A stretch of DNA of 32,000 nt from Candidatus Saccharimonadota bacterium (GTDB taxonomy: Bacteria; Patescibacteriota; Gracilibacteria; BD1-5; UBA2023). The position numbers and the translations under genes are program-made. The notes under the pieces were generated by a model. It had not been told where the DNA came from. It made no database searches and was given only the letters and a program-made list of their open reading frames with translations. The stretch covers positions 870,001 to 902,000 of the forward strand of contig OY970170.1 of assembly GCA_963706795.1 (NCBI GenBank), read 5' to 3'. Shown in pieces: positions 8,424-19,597 of this stretch. The first letter of the stretch is position 1. Every line of letters starts with the position of its first letter.

Positions 8424-9644
8424 ATGCGCGTACCATTTCTCCTCAAACTCATATTCAACCGATACTTTTTTGAAAAGCTCGTAGTATTTATGCTTCTCGG
8501 GATACTTTTGTATACGTTTGAATCCTTCTTGTTCATTTTTTTGATCACTTTTCTCTTTGCGTATCTTTTCTTGGATCTTGCAAAGTGGATTGAAGGGAAG
8601 CTTGGACACCTTCTTAAAAAAATGAAGGCGAGTCCAGTAAAGGCTTTCCTCGCAAAGATCAATCGACTTCCGATCATTGTGACACTCGTATATATTAGCT
8701 TTATTATGTTGGTGGCAACGATTTTTTATAATCTCGTTCCACACCTCATTGAGGAAACAAAGTCGCTCATCAAGGAAGGACCACAAATGATGGGTCGACT
8801 CCAGAATGCTGCGGATAATCTCCAGGGTGCAGTAGATTTTGATCTCGGTCTCGATCAGGTTTTCTCAAGCGTCGTCAATAAAACAGCTGTTGAAACCACG
8901 CTCAATAACGTATTCGAAAACGTAAAAAATATCGGAATCTTCCTCTTTAAGGTGATGATCGCGCTCATTTTGAGCTACGTATTTATCATCGATCGAGAGC
9001 GAATCGAGGGATATTTTGCACTCATTAAAACAGGAAATTTCTCATTTATTTACGATCAGTTTGCGATTATCGCGCAAAAGATTTCTAAGGGATTTGGGCT
9101 CATTTTTAAGGCACAAGCGATCATTGCGCTCGTCAATGCGATCCTCACAGTTATTGGACTTTTGCTCATTAGTTTTTTCCATGGAGGAGAGAGTTTTCCA
9201 TTTATTGCGACGCTCGGGATTACAGTATTTATTTTTGGATTTATTCCGGTACTTGGATTTTTTATCTCATCAGCTCCGATTCTAATTATTGGATTTAATT
9301 ACGGCGGAATCAATGTCACCGCAGCTATACTCATCATGATCGCGATCGTTCATGCAGTAGAAGCGTATTACCTCAATCCAAAAATCGTGTCTTCATATAT
9401 GGAGTTTCCAGTATTTATCACATTTTTGGTCCTCCTGCTTTCTGAACACTTCTTTGGATTTGTAGGACTCCTCATTGGTGTACCGCTTTTCTATATCTTT
9501 GTGGACTCGATCAAGGACTTTGACCTCTATGTAGAGAAGATCAAAAAAATCTCGCATACTATCGATACGGCAAAAACGACCACAAAGGAAGCGATCCACA
9601 AAAATATCCGCCTCTCACGATCTGGAAAACGAAGCGCAGAATAG
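8424..9644 (+). CDS. AI-2E family (UPF0118/PerM-like) membrane transporter
   Basis: 406-aa polytopic ORF. The overall architecture and the FGFIPVLGFFISSAPILIIG segment resemble the family. Assignment made by eye only. Confidence 0.55.
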   Translation: MRVPFLLKLIFNRYFFEKLVVFMLLGILLYTFESFLFIFLITFLFAYLFLDLAKWIEGKLGHLLKKMKASPVKAFLAKINRLPIIVTLVYISFIMLVATIFYNLVPHLIEETKSLIKEGPQMMGRLQNAADNLQGAVDFDLGLDQVFSSVVNKTAVETTLNNVFENVKNIGIFLFKVMIALILSYVFIIDRERIEGYFALIKTGNFSFIYDQFAIIAQKISKGFGLIFKAQAIIALVNAILTVIGLLLISFFHGGESFPFIATLGITVFIFGFIPVLGFFISSAPILIIGFNYGGINVTAAILIMIAIVHAVEAYYLNPKIVSSYMEFPVFITFLVLLLSEHFFGFVGLLIGVPLFYIFVDSIKDFDLYVEKIKKISHTIDTAKTTTKEAIHKNIRLSRSGKRSAE

Positions 9645-9686
9645 TCCCGAAAAGTACGCATCCGATATATCTTATCGATTTTTTCC

Positions 9687-10874
9687 ATGTCTCCGTCTCA
9701 TTCGTCTATCAAGCCGTTCTATCGAAATTTTTTCATCACATTGGTACTTTTGTGTCTTGTGAGCTATTTTGTAGCGGGATTTAAGCTCTATTTTTGGACG
9801 CTGTTTCATGGCCAGGACGGCTTTAGTCTCGAGACGCTCTCTGCCTATCTCTCGCTTTGAAGCGCACTTGGTTTTTTTGTCTGACCGATTGCGGTAGATC
9901 GACTCGGCGTGCGCAATACGACGCTATTGTCAGTATTTTTGTGTGTTTCTGGCTTTGCTGGATGACTGTTTTTTGGACAGGCATCATACACAGCTTTTGT
10001 CATTGGTGCGTGTACAGTAGGTACAGGATGAGCCCTCTGGTTAGTTACAAAAAATGTACTCCTGCCCATCGCGATCTGAGAGACGAAGTATTCGGATACC
10101 GTGATTTCGGGGCTTGCGAATGTAGTTTTTACGATTTTTACGATTGTTGGAACGATTGCAGGTTCATTCTTCGCTGAAAAATACGGATTTATGGGCTCGG
10201 GTGGACTCGTGAGTGCAGTCATCCTCGCCACACCATTTGTACTCTTCTTTAAAGAGCCAAAGCTCGAAAAGATTCATCGAACGGGATACGCTTCTTCGAT
10301 CTTTAAGATCATTCGTGAATATTTCCCATATATTCTCTCAATTTCGCTCCTTTGGGCGGTAATTACAGCGCTTGCACAGATCTTTGTAGAGGCATGAGTG
10401 GCACTATTTCATGAGACGCATACACGAGCTTCGCTTCTGCTTTTATGGGCAACGCTCGGTGGTGTTATCGGGAATATCCTCTCGATGAGCTGGCACGAAA
10501 AAAGATGGCAAATCTATCGGTTTGCGCTCGTTGTTTTTGGACTTTTGGTTTTTGTAAGCCATCCGCTCATACACCTTTTCGCAATGATGCACTCGATCGT
10601 GGCATTTTCAGTCTTGGCGGTCTGTATTGGATTTTTCTTTGGAATTGCAGTCAATCTCGTCGAAGGCTACTACTTTTTAAAACTCGAAGCCTCACCACTT
10701 AAATCCTACGGTGCAGCCGTATACGGCCTGGTAGCAAGTATCTCGATATTTTTAGTGATGCACCTGGTGCTTGCTGTCAAGGAGGTGTCGAGTGCAGCTT
10801 CGCTCCTGCTGAGTGGATGCATTATTTTGACGCTTCTCCTGATCTCATTTGGGAATGCTTTTGGGAAGCGTTAG
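9687..10874 (+). CDS. Polytopic membrane transporter, MFS-like, 395 aa
   Basis: ATG 9687 through six in-frame TGA (9858, 9882, 9963, 10029, 10077, 10395) joins track ORFs 10101..10397 and 10398..10874. About 12 hydrophobic segments. Stop TAG. Confidence 0.5.
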
Positions 10875-10877
10875 AAG

Positions 10878-12206
10878 TTACAAAAGCTTCCCCAATGCCG
10901 CAATACTCTCCACAGGCACAAGCTTAATTCCTTCCTTCTTTTTGATTTTGGAAGTCGCAGGATAGTAGATTTCGTCAAATCCGAGCTTGATAGCTTCATC
11001 AATACGGCGCTCGAGCGAGTAGATGTGTTTGACGAGTCCAGTGAGTGAGATTTCTCCCAAAAAAAGGCGATTGCCGAGAGGGAGATTTTTTTTGCTTGAA
11101 ATAATGGCAGCAGCGAGTGCAAGATCAATGCCAGGCTCGGATACTGTGAGTCCTCGGCCGATATTGGCATAGACGTCGTAGCTCTCAAGTTTGAGGTCTG
11201 TATATTTTGAGAGAACCGCGAGCAGGAGATCGATCTTGCCTTGTGGAATACCGCGAGCTGAGCGCTTTGGGTAGCCAAATTTGGTATAGGTCGTGAGGGC
11301 TTCGATCTCGATGACGAGTGGGCGAGTACCTTCGATCGTCATGCCGACAGCCGAACCGATGAGTTTGGTTCTTTCGGCGTCAATAAACTCGAGTCCAGGG
11401 TTCTCGATATCTGAGAGACCATCTTCGCCCATGCGAAAAAGTCCGATTTCATCAGTGGGGCCAAATCGATTTTTGAGTGCACGAAGGATGCGATAGTTTT
11501 CGTAGCGGGACCCTTCTAAAAAGAGGACAGTATCTACGAGATGTTCGAGGGTTTTTGGTCCCGAGATCGAACCATCTTTGGTGACGTGCCCAATGATAAT
11601 GATCGCTTTTTTGGTGCGCTTTGCGAGTTGCATGAGGGCTTCGGCCATGGCTCGGATGAGACTCACGGTTCCTGAGTTTGAGTCAATGGAGAGTGACTGA
11701 AAGACTGAAATAGAGTCGAGAATAACGAGCCCACTTTGATCGTTTTCGATCGTCTGAACAATGTGCTCAAATACAGACTCAGAGAGCAGATTGATCTCAG
11801 CGTTGGTAATCCCAAGTCGCTTCGCACGAGAAGCGATCTGGCCGACATTTTCTTCGGCACTAATATAGAGACTACTCGTGCCATTTCGGGCATACCAGTC
11901 AGCAATCTGGAGTGCGAGCGTTGATTTACCAATACCAGGTTCTCCTGAGAGCAAAATAAAAGACCCAGGTACTAGTCCACCACCGAGGACATTGCTGAGC
12001 TCCTTCGAAGAAATCGGCGAGCGAACCATTGTTTCATCCGAGGTGGTGCTCAGGCCTACTGGCATTTTTGCGGTGCCGGATTCTTTGAGTTTTCAGGGGC
12101 GTTTGGCTGCTTCGACACGTTCTTCGAACGTATTCCAGCTGTCGCAATTTGGACATTTTCCGGACCACTTTGGCTGCGAGTGGTGACAATTGGTGCATAT
12201 GAACAT
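10878..12206 (-). CDS. radA: DNA repair protein RadA/Sms, 442 aa
   Basis: The track ORF starts at 12065, but the frame continues upstream through TGA 12093-12095 to ATG 12204-12206. This recovers the N-terminal zinc finger MFICTNCHHSQPKWSGKCPNC. Also has Walker A GEPGIGKST, the KNRFG motif and a Lon-like C-terminal domain. Confidence 0.9.
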
Positions 12207-12351
12207 GGCGACATGTTAGTGAAATGAATCCGAAAGAGAAGGAAGAATTGATGAAAAATATGCTTCCTCCTCTTTTTTGCTATACTCCTCGGGTTTCTCT
12301 CCACTCTACGACTTTATGCGGCGTAATATAATTAGACACGTAAATTAATCC

Positions 12352-13692
12352 ATGAATCTCAAACGCGTTCGCAAATTACAAGATGGCCCAGAATGAACTG
12401 GTCCGATTGTCTATTGGATGGACCGCGAGCAACGAATATTTGATAATTGGGCGCTCTTTTTTGCTGTAAAGCTCGCAAAACAAAAATCTCGCGAACTCCG
12501 GATCATCTACAATCTTGATCCAAATTTCCTTGGCGGAACCCTCAGGCAATTGGATTTTAAATGTAAGAGTCTCAAGGTAGTTGAAACTCAAGCTGCCAGT
12601 CTTTGAATACAACTTGAGATCGTATGTGGTGTAGATACTGAGAAGGATATTGTTTCGTTCGTTCATAGCCAGAATGTCTCCATACTCGTCACGGATTTTT
12701 CACCGCTCAAAATTCAGCGAAAATGGAAAGAATTTGTCGCAAAAAATATCGAAATCCCGTTTTTTGAAGTCGATGCTCATAATATCGTTCCAGCTTGGCT
12801 CATCTCTCAAAAGATCGAGTTCCAAGCGGCGACCATTCGACCAAAGATTCATCGTGCATTACCCGAGTTTTTGGATGCTCTTCCAGATCAGGAAGATTTT
12901 AGGATGTGAGAAGCGATCGACACTTCTATCGATTTTGACTCGCTTCTTGCGAACGCAGTGACCGATCGGACAGTTTTGCCAGTTACATGGATAGAACCTG
13001 GTCCGATCTGAGCTCAGGCGATGCTCGTGGATTTTATTGCGAACCATTTGGATGGCTACGATACACTCCGTAATGATCCAAATGCGAGGGCTCAATCCAA
13101 TCTCTCGCCGTATCTTCATTACGGAAATATCAGTGCTCAGCATATCGCTCTCGAAGTACAGGCATCCACCGCACCAGAGACTGCAAAAGAAGTATTTCTT
13201 GAGGAGCTCATTGTACGCAGGGAAGTGGCTGAAAACTACTGCCTTTATTGTCCAAATTATGATCGCTTTTTAGGGGCGTGGAAATGGGCACAGGATTCAC
13301 TCGAGGCTCATTGGGATGATCCGCGTGAGTATATTTATAGTCTCGAACAATTCGACTGTGCTCAAACGCATGACACTCTTTGGAATGCAGCACAATCAGA
13401 GATGGTCAAAACTGGCAAAATGCATGGCTATATGCGAATGTACTGGGCGAAAAAAATCCTCGAATATTCAATAAATCCAGAAGAAGCCATCAAAATAACG
13501 ATTACACTGAATGACCGCTACGAGCTCGATGGCCGTGATCCTAATGGCTATACAGGGATTATGTGGTCAATTTGTGGGATCCACGATCGTCCATGGTTTG
13601 ACCGCCCCATTTTTTGAAAGATTCGCTATATGAACCGCAATGGATGCGACAAAAAATTTGATACTGATGCCTATATTGCAAAGTGGAAATAA
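12352..13692 (+). CDS. phr: Deoxyribodipyrimidine photolyase, class II, 446 aa
   Basis: One frame from ATG 12352 through TGA at 12394, 12604, 12907, 13009 and 13615 to TAA 13690. N-terminus GPIVYWMDREQRIFDNWAL. C-terminus HGYMRMYWAKKILE...RPIF[TGA]KIRYMNRNGCDKKFD is typical of class II enzymes. Confidence 0.8.
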
Positions 13693-13744
13693 CATTGATT
13701 CCCAAGCGAGGTCCGAAGTGCTTTAAAACTCGCGGGACTTCTTT

Positions 13745-13772
13745 TTGACTCACTAAAACTTCTCTCTATAAT
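13745..13772 (+). promoter_or_regulatory. Sigma-70-type promoter of secE-nusG (TTGACT-16-TATAAT)
   Basis: -35 at 13745-13750; consensus -10 at 13767-13772; about 45 nt upstream of secE. Confidence 0.6.
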
Positions 13773-13817
13773 CTGCCCCGAGCGTTGACAAACGCATAGC
13801 TTTTAATGTGTCTTTAC

Positions 13818-14147
13818 ATGAAGAACTTCTTAAAAGAATCCCTCCAAGAATTCGACCACGTAGTTTGGCCTACAAAGGCAGAAACCAAGAAATATTTCAC
13901 GATCGTTGTCTCAATGATCACGATATGTGCTCTTGTGCTCTTTGTTTTTGGATCTGCTGTGACGAATGCACTTTTTGCGGTTCGTGGAGTAGTAACTCCT
14001 GCCCGAGTCTATCAACCAACTACTGAGTCTAATGCTCAGGCTGACCAGATTCTCAAAAATCTCAAGGCGCGTACTGAGGCGCACTCTGGTGCTACTTCTA
14101 CTGGATCAGTCAAGACGGCAACTGGCACTGTAACACCTAACAAATAG
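13818..14147 (+). CDS. secE: Preprotein translocase subunit SecE with extended C-terminal tail
   Basis: MKNFLKESLQEFDHVVWPTKAETKKYFTIVVSMITICALVLFVFG matches the SecE N-terminus plus its single TM, and it lies immediately upstream of nusG. An alternative ATG exists at 13806. About 55 extra residues follow the TM. Confidence 0.8.
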   Translation: MKNFLKESLQEFDHVVWPTKAETKKYFTIVVSMITICALVLFVFGSAVTNALFAVRGVVTPARVYQPTTESNAQADQILKNLKARTEAHSGATSTGSVKTATGTVTPNK

Positions 14148-14150
14148 TTC

Positions 14151-14702
14151 ATGTTCGATAGTTTGAATAACGAAGGAGGTGAGTGGTATGTGATCCGAGT
14201 AATCTCCGGAACAGAAGAAAACGTACGCTCTTCTCTCATGCAGCGCCGTGAGGCATTCGGTCTTGAGCGTTTTGTTCTCGATGTATTCGTGCCAACACAT
14301 GATACTGTTGCAGTTCGTGCAGGTGGTAAGAAGGTTGTAAAAAAGAAAAACATCTTCCCTGGATATATCCTCGTAAAGATGGTTGTTACAAACGAGAGTT
14401 GGTATATTGTCCGCAATACTCCAAATGTTACTGGATTCCTTGGAGCGGGTACTGTCCCAGTTCCAGTGAAGGGTGAAGAACTCGAAAAGCTCAAGGGTGT
14501 TCTCTCTGACAAGACTGAAAAATACACAACGACTCTCCGTATTGGTGACGAAGTAACCATCCTCTCAGCTCCATTTGAGGGAAGTGATGGATTTATCACT
14601 GAGATCAACGAAGGGAAGGGTGTGCTCAAGGTAAATGTCAATCTCCTCGGTCGCGACACTCCAGTCGAAATCGAATTCGGGAACGTTAGACCTAAGAAAT
14701 AA
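14151..14702 (+). CDS. nusG: Transcription termination/antitermination factor NusG
   Basis: 183 aa with an NGN domain (WYVIRVISGTEENV) and KOW motif (GDEVTILSAPFEGSDGFITEI). Conserved secE-nusG order. Confidence 0.9.
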   Translation: MFDSLNNEGGEWYVIRVISGTEENVRSSLMQRREAFGLERFVLDVFVPTHDTVAVRAGGKKVVKKKNIFPGYILVKMVVTNESWYIVRNTPNVTGFLGAGTVPVPVKGEELEKLKGVLSDKTEKYTTTLRIGDEVTILSAPFEGSDGFITEINEGKGVLKVNVNLLGRDTPVEIEFGNVRPKK

Positions 14703-14710
14703 TCATTTTT

Positions 14711-15400
14711 ATGAGAGCAGTCGTTGCGATCCTCTTGGTTCTCGTGCTCGGCGTCATGGCGAATATCTGATTTGCGGTCTTTTCACCAAGCTACCGCGCC
14801 AAGATCAAGTCTATCACCGGAGGTGCGAGCATTAAAACTGAGGCCGTGACTACTTCTCCACCAAGTGAAGTTCAAAAGCTCTCTGAATCCATCGAAAAAA
14901 TGGCCATTGGCCTCGATGCTCTCTCACTTACAGGATCGACACAGGCTGTACCAAAGACATCAACTGGAGCTATAAATCCTCCTGTCGAAACTCCAAAAGC
15001 ACCGGCATTGCCTGATAAAAAAGACTATCCAATCTCAGCTCTCATGCTGACTCGCCTCATGCCCGATGTCTTCCCAAAAAAAGTCGAGAACAAAGGCATA
15101 TTCGACATCCATATATTCTCGTCGATCGATTACACGACCTATACAGATGACAAAGCAAAAGTAAAAATCTATGTCTTTGCAGAGCCCTACTGAGTAATGC
15201 TCTCCAATCTCAAACTCGTTTCTTCGGTTTATACGATCAACGAGTCAGACACCTTCTACGATGCGACGTTCTATCTCAATGCAACCAACAAAAAAGACTC
15301 GACAGTCCGATTCGTAACTTCGCTCGAAGGACGTGCAATTGGTCTCGAAGTACCAAAATCCCTCTATCCCAAGATCAAGAAACTCTTAACTAAAAAATAA
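14711..15400 (+). CDS. Hypothetical membrane-anchored or secreted protein, 229 aa
   Basis: ATG 14711; N-terminal hydrophobic segment MRAVVAILLVLVLGVMANI. Joins track ORFs 14846..15193 and 15197..15400 via TGA 14768 and 15191. TAA stop. Confidence 0.55.
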
Positions 15401-15410
15401 TATTTCTCCC

Positions 15411-15884
15411 ATGGCTAAGAAAACACTCCTTACGACCGAAGGTCTCGCCGAAATTCAGGATGAGCTTAAAAACCTCAAGGAAACCAAGCGTCTCGAAGTT
15501 GCTGAAAAGCTCAAAGAAGCGATCTCATTCGGTGACCTCTCTGAAAACTCAGAATACGAAGATGCTCGAAACGAGCAGGCTCAGATCGAGCTTCGTATCA
15601 TCGAACTCGAGGAAATCCTCAAGAACCACGAGCTCATCGATGAAAAAAAATCTTCTCGTAAATCTGCAGGTCTCGTTATCGGAAGTACCGCTACCATCAA
15701 ATCTCCAGAAGGTGAAGTTTTCACATACAAGATCGTAGGTCCAACTGAGGCAGATATTTTTGAAGGGAAGATCAGTAATGAATCTCCTATCGGAAGCGCA
15801 CTCATCGGTAAGGAAATCGGTGACAAGGTCCATGGTAAATCAGGTGCAGGACCATTCGAATTTGAAATCATTGAGGTAAAATAA
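15411..15884 (+). CDS. greA: Transcription elongation factor GreA
   Basis: 157 aa. The N-terminal coiled coil carries the acidic tip motif FGDLSENSEYEDAR; C-terminal globular domain present. Confidence 0.9.
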   Translation: MAKKTLLTTEGLAEIQDELKNLKETKRLEVAEKLKEAISFGDLSENSEYEDARNEQAQIELRIIELEEILKNHELIDEKKSSRKSAGLVIGSTATIKSPEGEVFTYKIVGPTEADIFEGKISNESPIGSALIGKEIGDKVHGKSGAGPFEFEIIEVK

Positions 15885-15885
15885 T

Positions 15886-16299
15886 ATGTCGATTTTCTTC
15901 TCGAATCATCTCTATCTCATCCCAGTTCTTTCTTGGATTCTTGCGGTAATTACGAAGGGGATTTATCTCGCTTACCACGGGAATTATTCATTTAAGAACG
16001 CAATGGGATCAGGAGGAATGCCTTCTGTTCATTCAGCGCTCGTAACTTCACTCACAACAGCGATTGGGATCAAATACTCGATCTTCAATGATCTTTTCCT
16101 CGTGTGTTTGGTGTTCTCGACGATCATCATCTACGATGCAATCAATGTCCGTTACGAATCTGGACTCCATGCCAAGGCACTCAACGATATCACAGGGAAA
16201 GAAACCGTATTTAATGAATCCATCGGTCATTTACCACAGGAAGCGTTTGTAGGGAGTTGCTTAGGTATCATCACCGCCATCATCTTCCTAGGGTTTTAA
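15886..16299 (+). CDS. Divergent PAP2 / DUF212 family membrane protein (acid phosphatase/vanadium haloperoxidase-related)
   Basis: 137 aa with GGMPSVHSALVTSL and IIIYDAINVRYESGLHAKALN segments typical of the family. Confidence 0.65.
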   Translation: MSIFFSNHLYLIPVLSWILAVITKGIYLAYHGNYSFKNAMGSGGMPSVHSALVTSLTTAIGIKYSIFNDLFLVCLVFSTIIIYDAINVRYESGLHAKALNDITGKETVFNESIGHLPQEAFVGSCLGIITAIIFLGF

Positions 16300-16415
16300 A
16301 GATTGATTTTAAGCTCGAACTTCGCGTTCAAAGCTCCGTTCCTCGTTCAACGTAGCTGTGCTACGCCTCACTACGGTACTCGCTTTTCACGCGAATCTCT
16401 TCGTTTAAATCAATC
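16300..16415 (+). other. 116-nt rod-like imperfect hairpin (long terminator, structured RNA or MITE-like element)
   Basis: AGATTGATTT (16300-16309) pairs perfectly with AAATCAATCT (16406-16415). Inner helices are CGAA/TTCG, TTCGCGT/ACGCGAA and AAAGC/GCTTT. The apical hairpin is CGTAGC-TGT-GCTACG (16351-16365). Confidence 0.4.
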
Positions 16416-16511
16416 TAGGGAGCCTCCGATATTTTGAATTTTTTCTCTAAAAATATGCACTTGTATCTCTGTTAGCTTGTATACTCGACCCGAATTAATA
16501 ACTTTCTGCTT

Positions 16512-17597
16512 TTGTTCTCGATCCATGACGAAAACCGCGTAAAAGAACTCCTTGTTGCCAATGGTCACAAGGCATTTCGCTATGCACAAATCGAAAATGC
16601 GATCTACAAGAACTTTATTACGGATTTTGAGCAGATAGAGACGCTTCCAAAAGAAATTCGCACCCTTCTGGCAGAGAATTGCTACTTTATGTCGCTTACT
16701 GTTCATTCGGAAATCACTTCGGATGATGGTCAGACGACGAAGTTTCTCTTCAAGACGCACGATGACAAGATGATCGAAGCAGTTCTCATGCGTCATCTCT
16801 CAGGCCGCAATACGCTTTGTGTCAGCTCACAGGCAGGATGTCCTATGGCATGTTCGTTCTGTGCGACGGGTAAGCTCGGACTCATCCGCAATCTCGATTT
16901 CACCGAAATCATAGAACAAGCCGTGCATGCTTCACATCTCCTCAATACAGATGGGAAGAAGCTTCGAAATATTGTCTACATGGGAATGGGGGAACCACTT
17001 CTCAACTATGAGAATCTCAAAAAATCCATCCAGATTCTTTGTGCTCAAAAGAAGATTGATATCTCTAATCGTCGTGTCACCGTTTCGACGTGTGGAATCG
17101 TTCCAGGTATCGATAAATTTGGAGATGATTTTCCTCAGACTTCTCTTGCAGTCTCACTCCATGCTCCAAATGATGCGGCACGATCTCGTATTATGCCAGT
17201 GGATCATACCTACCCGATTGATAAGCTCATGGAAAGTCTTGATCGCTACGTTGCCAAGACAAACAAGCGAATTTTCTACGAGTACATCATGATCAGTGGA
17301 GTCACTGACCGTGTTGAATACGCACGCGAGCTCGCCGTGCTTTTAACTGGACGACTTGCACATGTAAATTTTATTCCCTACAATCCAGGAGAGGGGATCA
17401 TGGGAACTGGAATGCTTCCGACTTCAAAACTCTTGATTCAGAAATTCCAGCGAGAACTCGAGAAGGCAGGAATTCCATCAACGATTCGTCACACTATGGG
17501 TGATGATATCGATGCAGCCTGCGGTCAGCTCGCGCTCAAAGAAAATGGCGAATCTCTCGCCACCGAAAAATGAAGAAGTATCTCAAAAGATATCTAG
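16512..17597 (+). CDS. rlmN: 23S rRNA/tRNA (adenine-C2)-methyltransferase RlmN (radical SAM)
   Basis: Contains CPMACSFCATG (CxxxCxxC) and GMGEPLLN. TTG start at 16512, as there is no in-frame ATG upstream. The frame reads through TGA 17571-17573 to TAG 17595-17597. Confidence 0.85.
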
Positions 17598-17684
17598 TTC
17601 TTCCTATATAGTCCCATACGAACGGGATTATCACCAAATACTTCAACCACTCTAGAATTCTAGGGTGTTTCTTCGCATATTTTT

Positions 17685-19442
17685 ATGAAAAAATCATCTA
17701 TATTCGCGCTCGTTCGCGATATGCTTTTGGAGTACAGGCCACTCGCAAAGCATCTTTTCTGGATTGTTCCAGTATCTATCCTGCTCGTGGCAGTGCAGGT
17801 TTCTGAGCCGTATATTTATAAGCTCATCATTGACGAACTTGGTGCGTCTAATTTCGTGCCACACCAAGCAAGTTCCCTCGTTCTGCTCATTGCTTTTTGG
17901 TGAGGATTTGTGTTTGTGTCGATCGCATTTGGATTCGTGCTTGATTATTATTTCCATCGACTGATGCAATCACACTGGGCAGTGGTTATTGGTCGAGGTA
18001 TCCGAGCATTCTTGATGCGACCGTATGCATATCACATCTCGACCAATAACGCCGAGAAGATCAAAATCTTTAATCGCTGAGTGGATTCTATCTACGATGC
18101 AACAAACGAAGTGATACTCAATATGCTCAAGAATTTTCTCTTGTGTATCGGATTTATCGCTCTGTGTTTTATGACGAGTCCAGTTGTAACGATTACACTC
18201 CTGATCGTCATTCCTGTTGTTTTTATCCTGCCAATTCTCCTTGGAACAAAGGCACATGTCGCACAAAAAAGTGCAAGCGATAAATGGGATCAGGTCTATG
18301 CTAGGGCGGGAGACAGCATGCTCAATGTACTCGTTGTAAAACTCTTCACTCGCATAGGATTTGACGTAAATGAGCTACAGTCCCGAGTTCAAACTGCCGC
18401 GCTCGCGCAACGAAAAGTAAGTGTGTACTGGGCATTTCTCGAGGCAGGCGGACAGTCAATCCATTTGATCATATCACTCGCTGTTATGCTCGCGTCGCTC
18501 TATTTCTATTCGCGTGGCATGATTGGACTTGGAGATATTGTGCTTTTTGTTGCAGTTTCTGGGAAGCTCACAGGTCCATTTCTCCAGCTTGAAGGAAGCT
18601 ACCGCAATCTCGTCCGATTCGCAGCTGACTATGCAAAATATCAAGACGTTCTTAATGCAGAATCCGAAGCAGACACGGGAATACATTCATTTCCTGGTAT
18701 TCAGAAATCTCTTACCTTTGATAAGGTTTCCTTCGTCTATCCAGGGACTGAGCGTAAGGTACTCTCAGATGTCGATCTCGAATTCACTCGCGGTACAAAA
18801 ACTGCGCTCGTTGGTCATACTGGATCTGGAAAATCCACACTTGCAAGCCTTCTCTCAAGGTTTTATGATCCTGTTTCTGGTTCCATCCAGGCGGATGGAG
18901 TCGATCTTCGAGAATTCTCACTCGAATCATTCCGTGGTAAAATTGCTGCAGTGTTCCAGGATACTACGCTCTTCAACGATACCCTCACAAACAATCTCGG
19001 ATATGTCCGAGAAGGCATCACGCTCGATCAGATCAAGCAGGCCTGTGCAGATGCGAATGTTCTTGAGTTCATTGAGTCACTTCCTGATGGATTTGATACC
19101 ATGGTCGGTGAACGTGGACTCAAACTCTCCGGTGGTGAAAAACAACGCATCGCAATTGCCCGAGCCATCCTTGCAAATCCAGAGATTCTTATTCTTGACG
19201 AAGCCACTTCCGCTCTCGATGCCAAGACCGAGAAGCTCGTCTCTGATGCTCTCGAGAAGCTCATGGCCGGTCGTACTTCGATCATCATTGCGCACCGACT
19301 CTCGACGATCCAGCATGCCGACAAGATCTATCTCCTCGAGCAGTGAGAAGTGATCGGAAGCGGAAGTCATGCTGAGCTCTATAACTCGTCCTCAGTCTAC
19401 AAAGAAATGGTAGATTATCAGAAGCACGGATTTATAGAATAA
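17685..19442 (+). CDS. ABC transporter, fused permease/ATPase (exporter type), 585 aa
   Basis: ORFs 17685..17903 and 18081..19346 share one frame. TGA at 17901, 18078 and 19344; stop TAA 19440. Walker A GHTGSGKST, LSGGEKQR, ILILDEATSALD, and LEQ[TGA]EVIGSGSH. Confidence 0.9.
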
Positions 19443-19450
19443 AATTCTCC

Positions 19451-19481
19451 AAAAAACCTCCAGTAATTTGGAGGTTTTTTT
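19451..19481 (+). terminator. Intrinsic terminator of the ABC gene
   Basis: AAAAAA-CCTCCA-GTAATT-TGGAGG-TTTTTTT. Confidence 0.7.
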
Positions 19482-19597
19482 AACTCTCAAAATTCCGAAA
19501 GTCGTTGACAGGGAAGAGCTTTTTGATAGTGTCTTTTGGAGGATAATTTCGTCCTCGAATACAAATACCTTTTTTAAAAACAGAAAGGAGGACAACC

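Noticed and set aside
8253-8786. 177-aa minus-strand ORF spanning the dnaX/permease junction. A similar case is 12376..12666 across the photolyase start.
   Set aside because: Both are antisense to well-supported genes and have no homology signal or ribosome-binding site.
14036-14659. 207-aa ORF on the minus strand.
   Set aside because: It is antisense to a clear NusG homologue, has a low-complexity S/P/R/T-rich translation, and shows no start context. It is a shadow ORF.
16300-16415. An integron attC site, 6S RNA or a tRNA-like element as the identity of the long hairpin.
   Set aside because: There are no RYYYAAC/GTTRRRY core sites and no integrase nearby. It is too short and lacks the large central bubble expected of 6S RNA. 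It has no cloverleaf or T-loop motif.
17652-17663. 12-bp palindrome CTAGAATTCTAG, 22 nt upstream of the second ABC gene.
   Set aside because: It is short, occurs once and has no convincing -35/-10 partners. Chance occurrence is plausible.
18523-19353. 276-aa alternative-frame ORF inside the second ABC transporter.
   Set aside because: It overlaps a frame carrying Walker A, signature and Walker B motifs, and its own translation is S/L/R-rich with no motifs.
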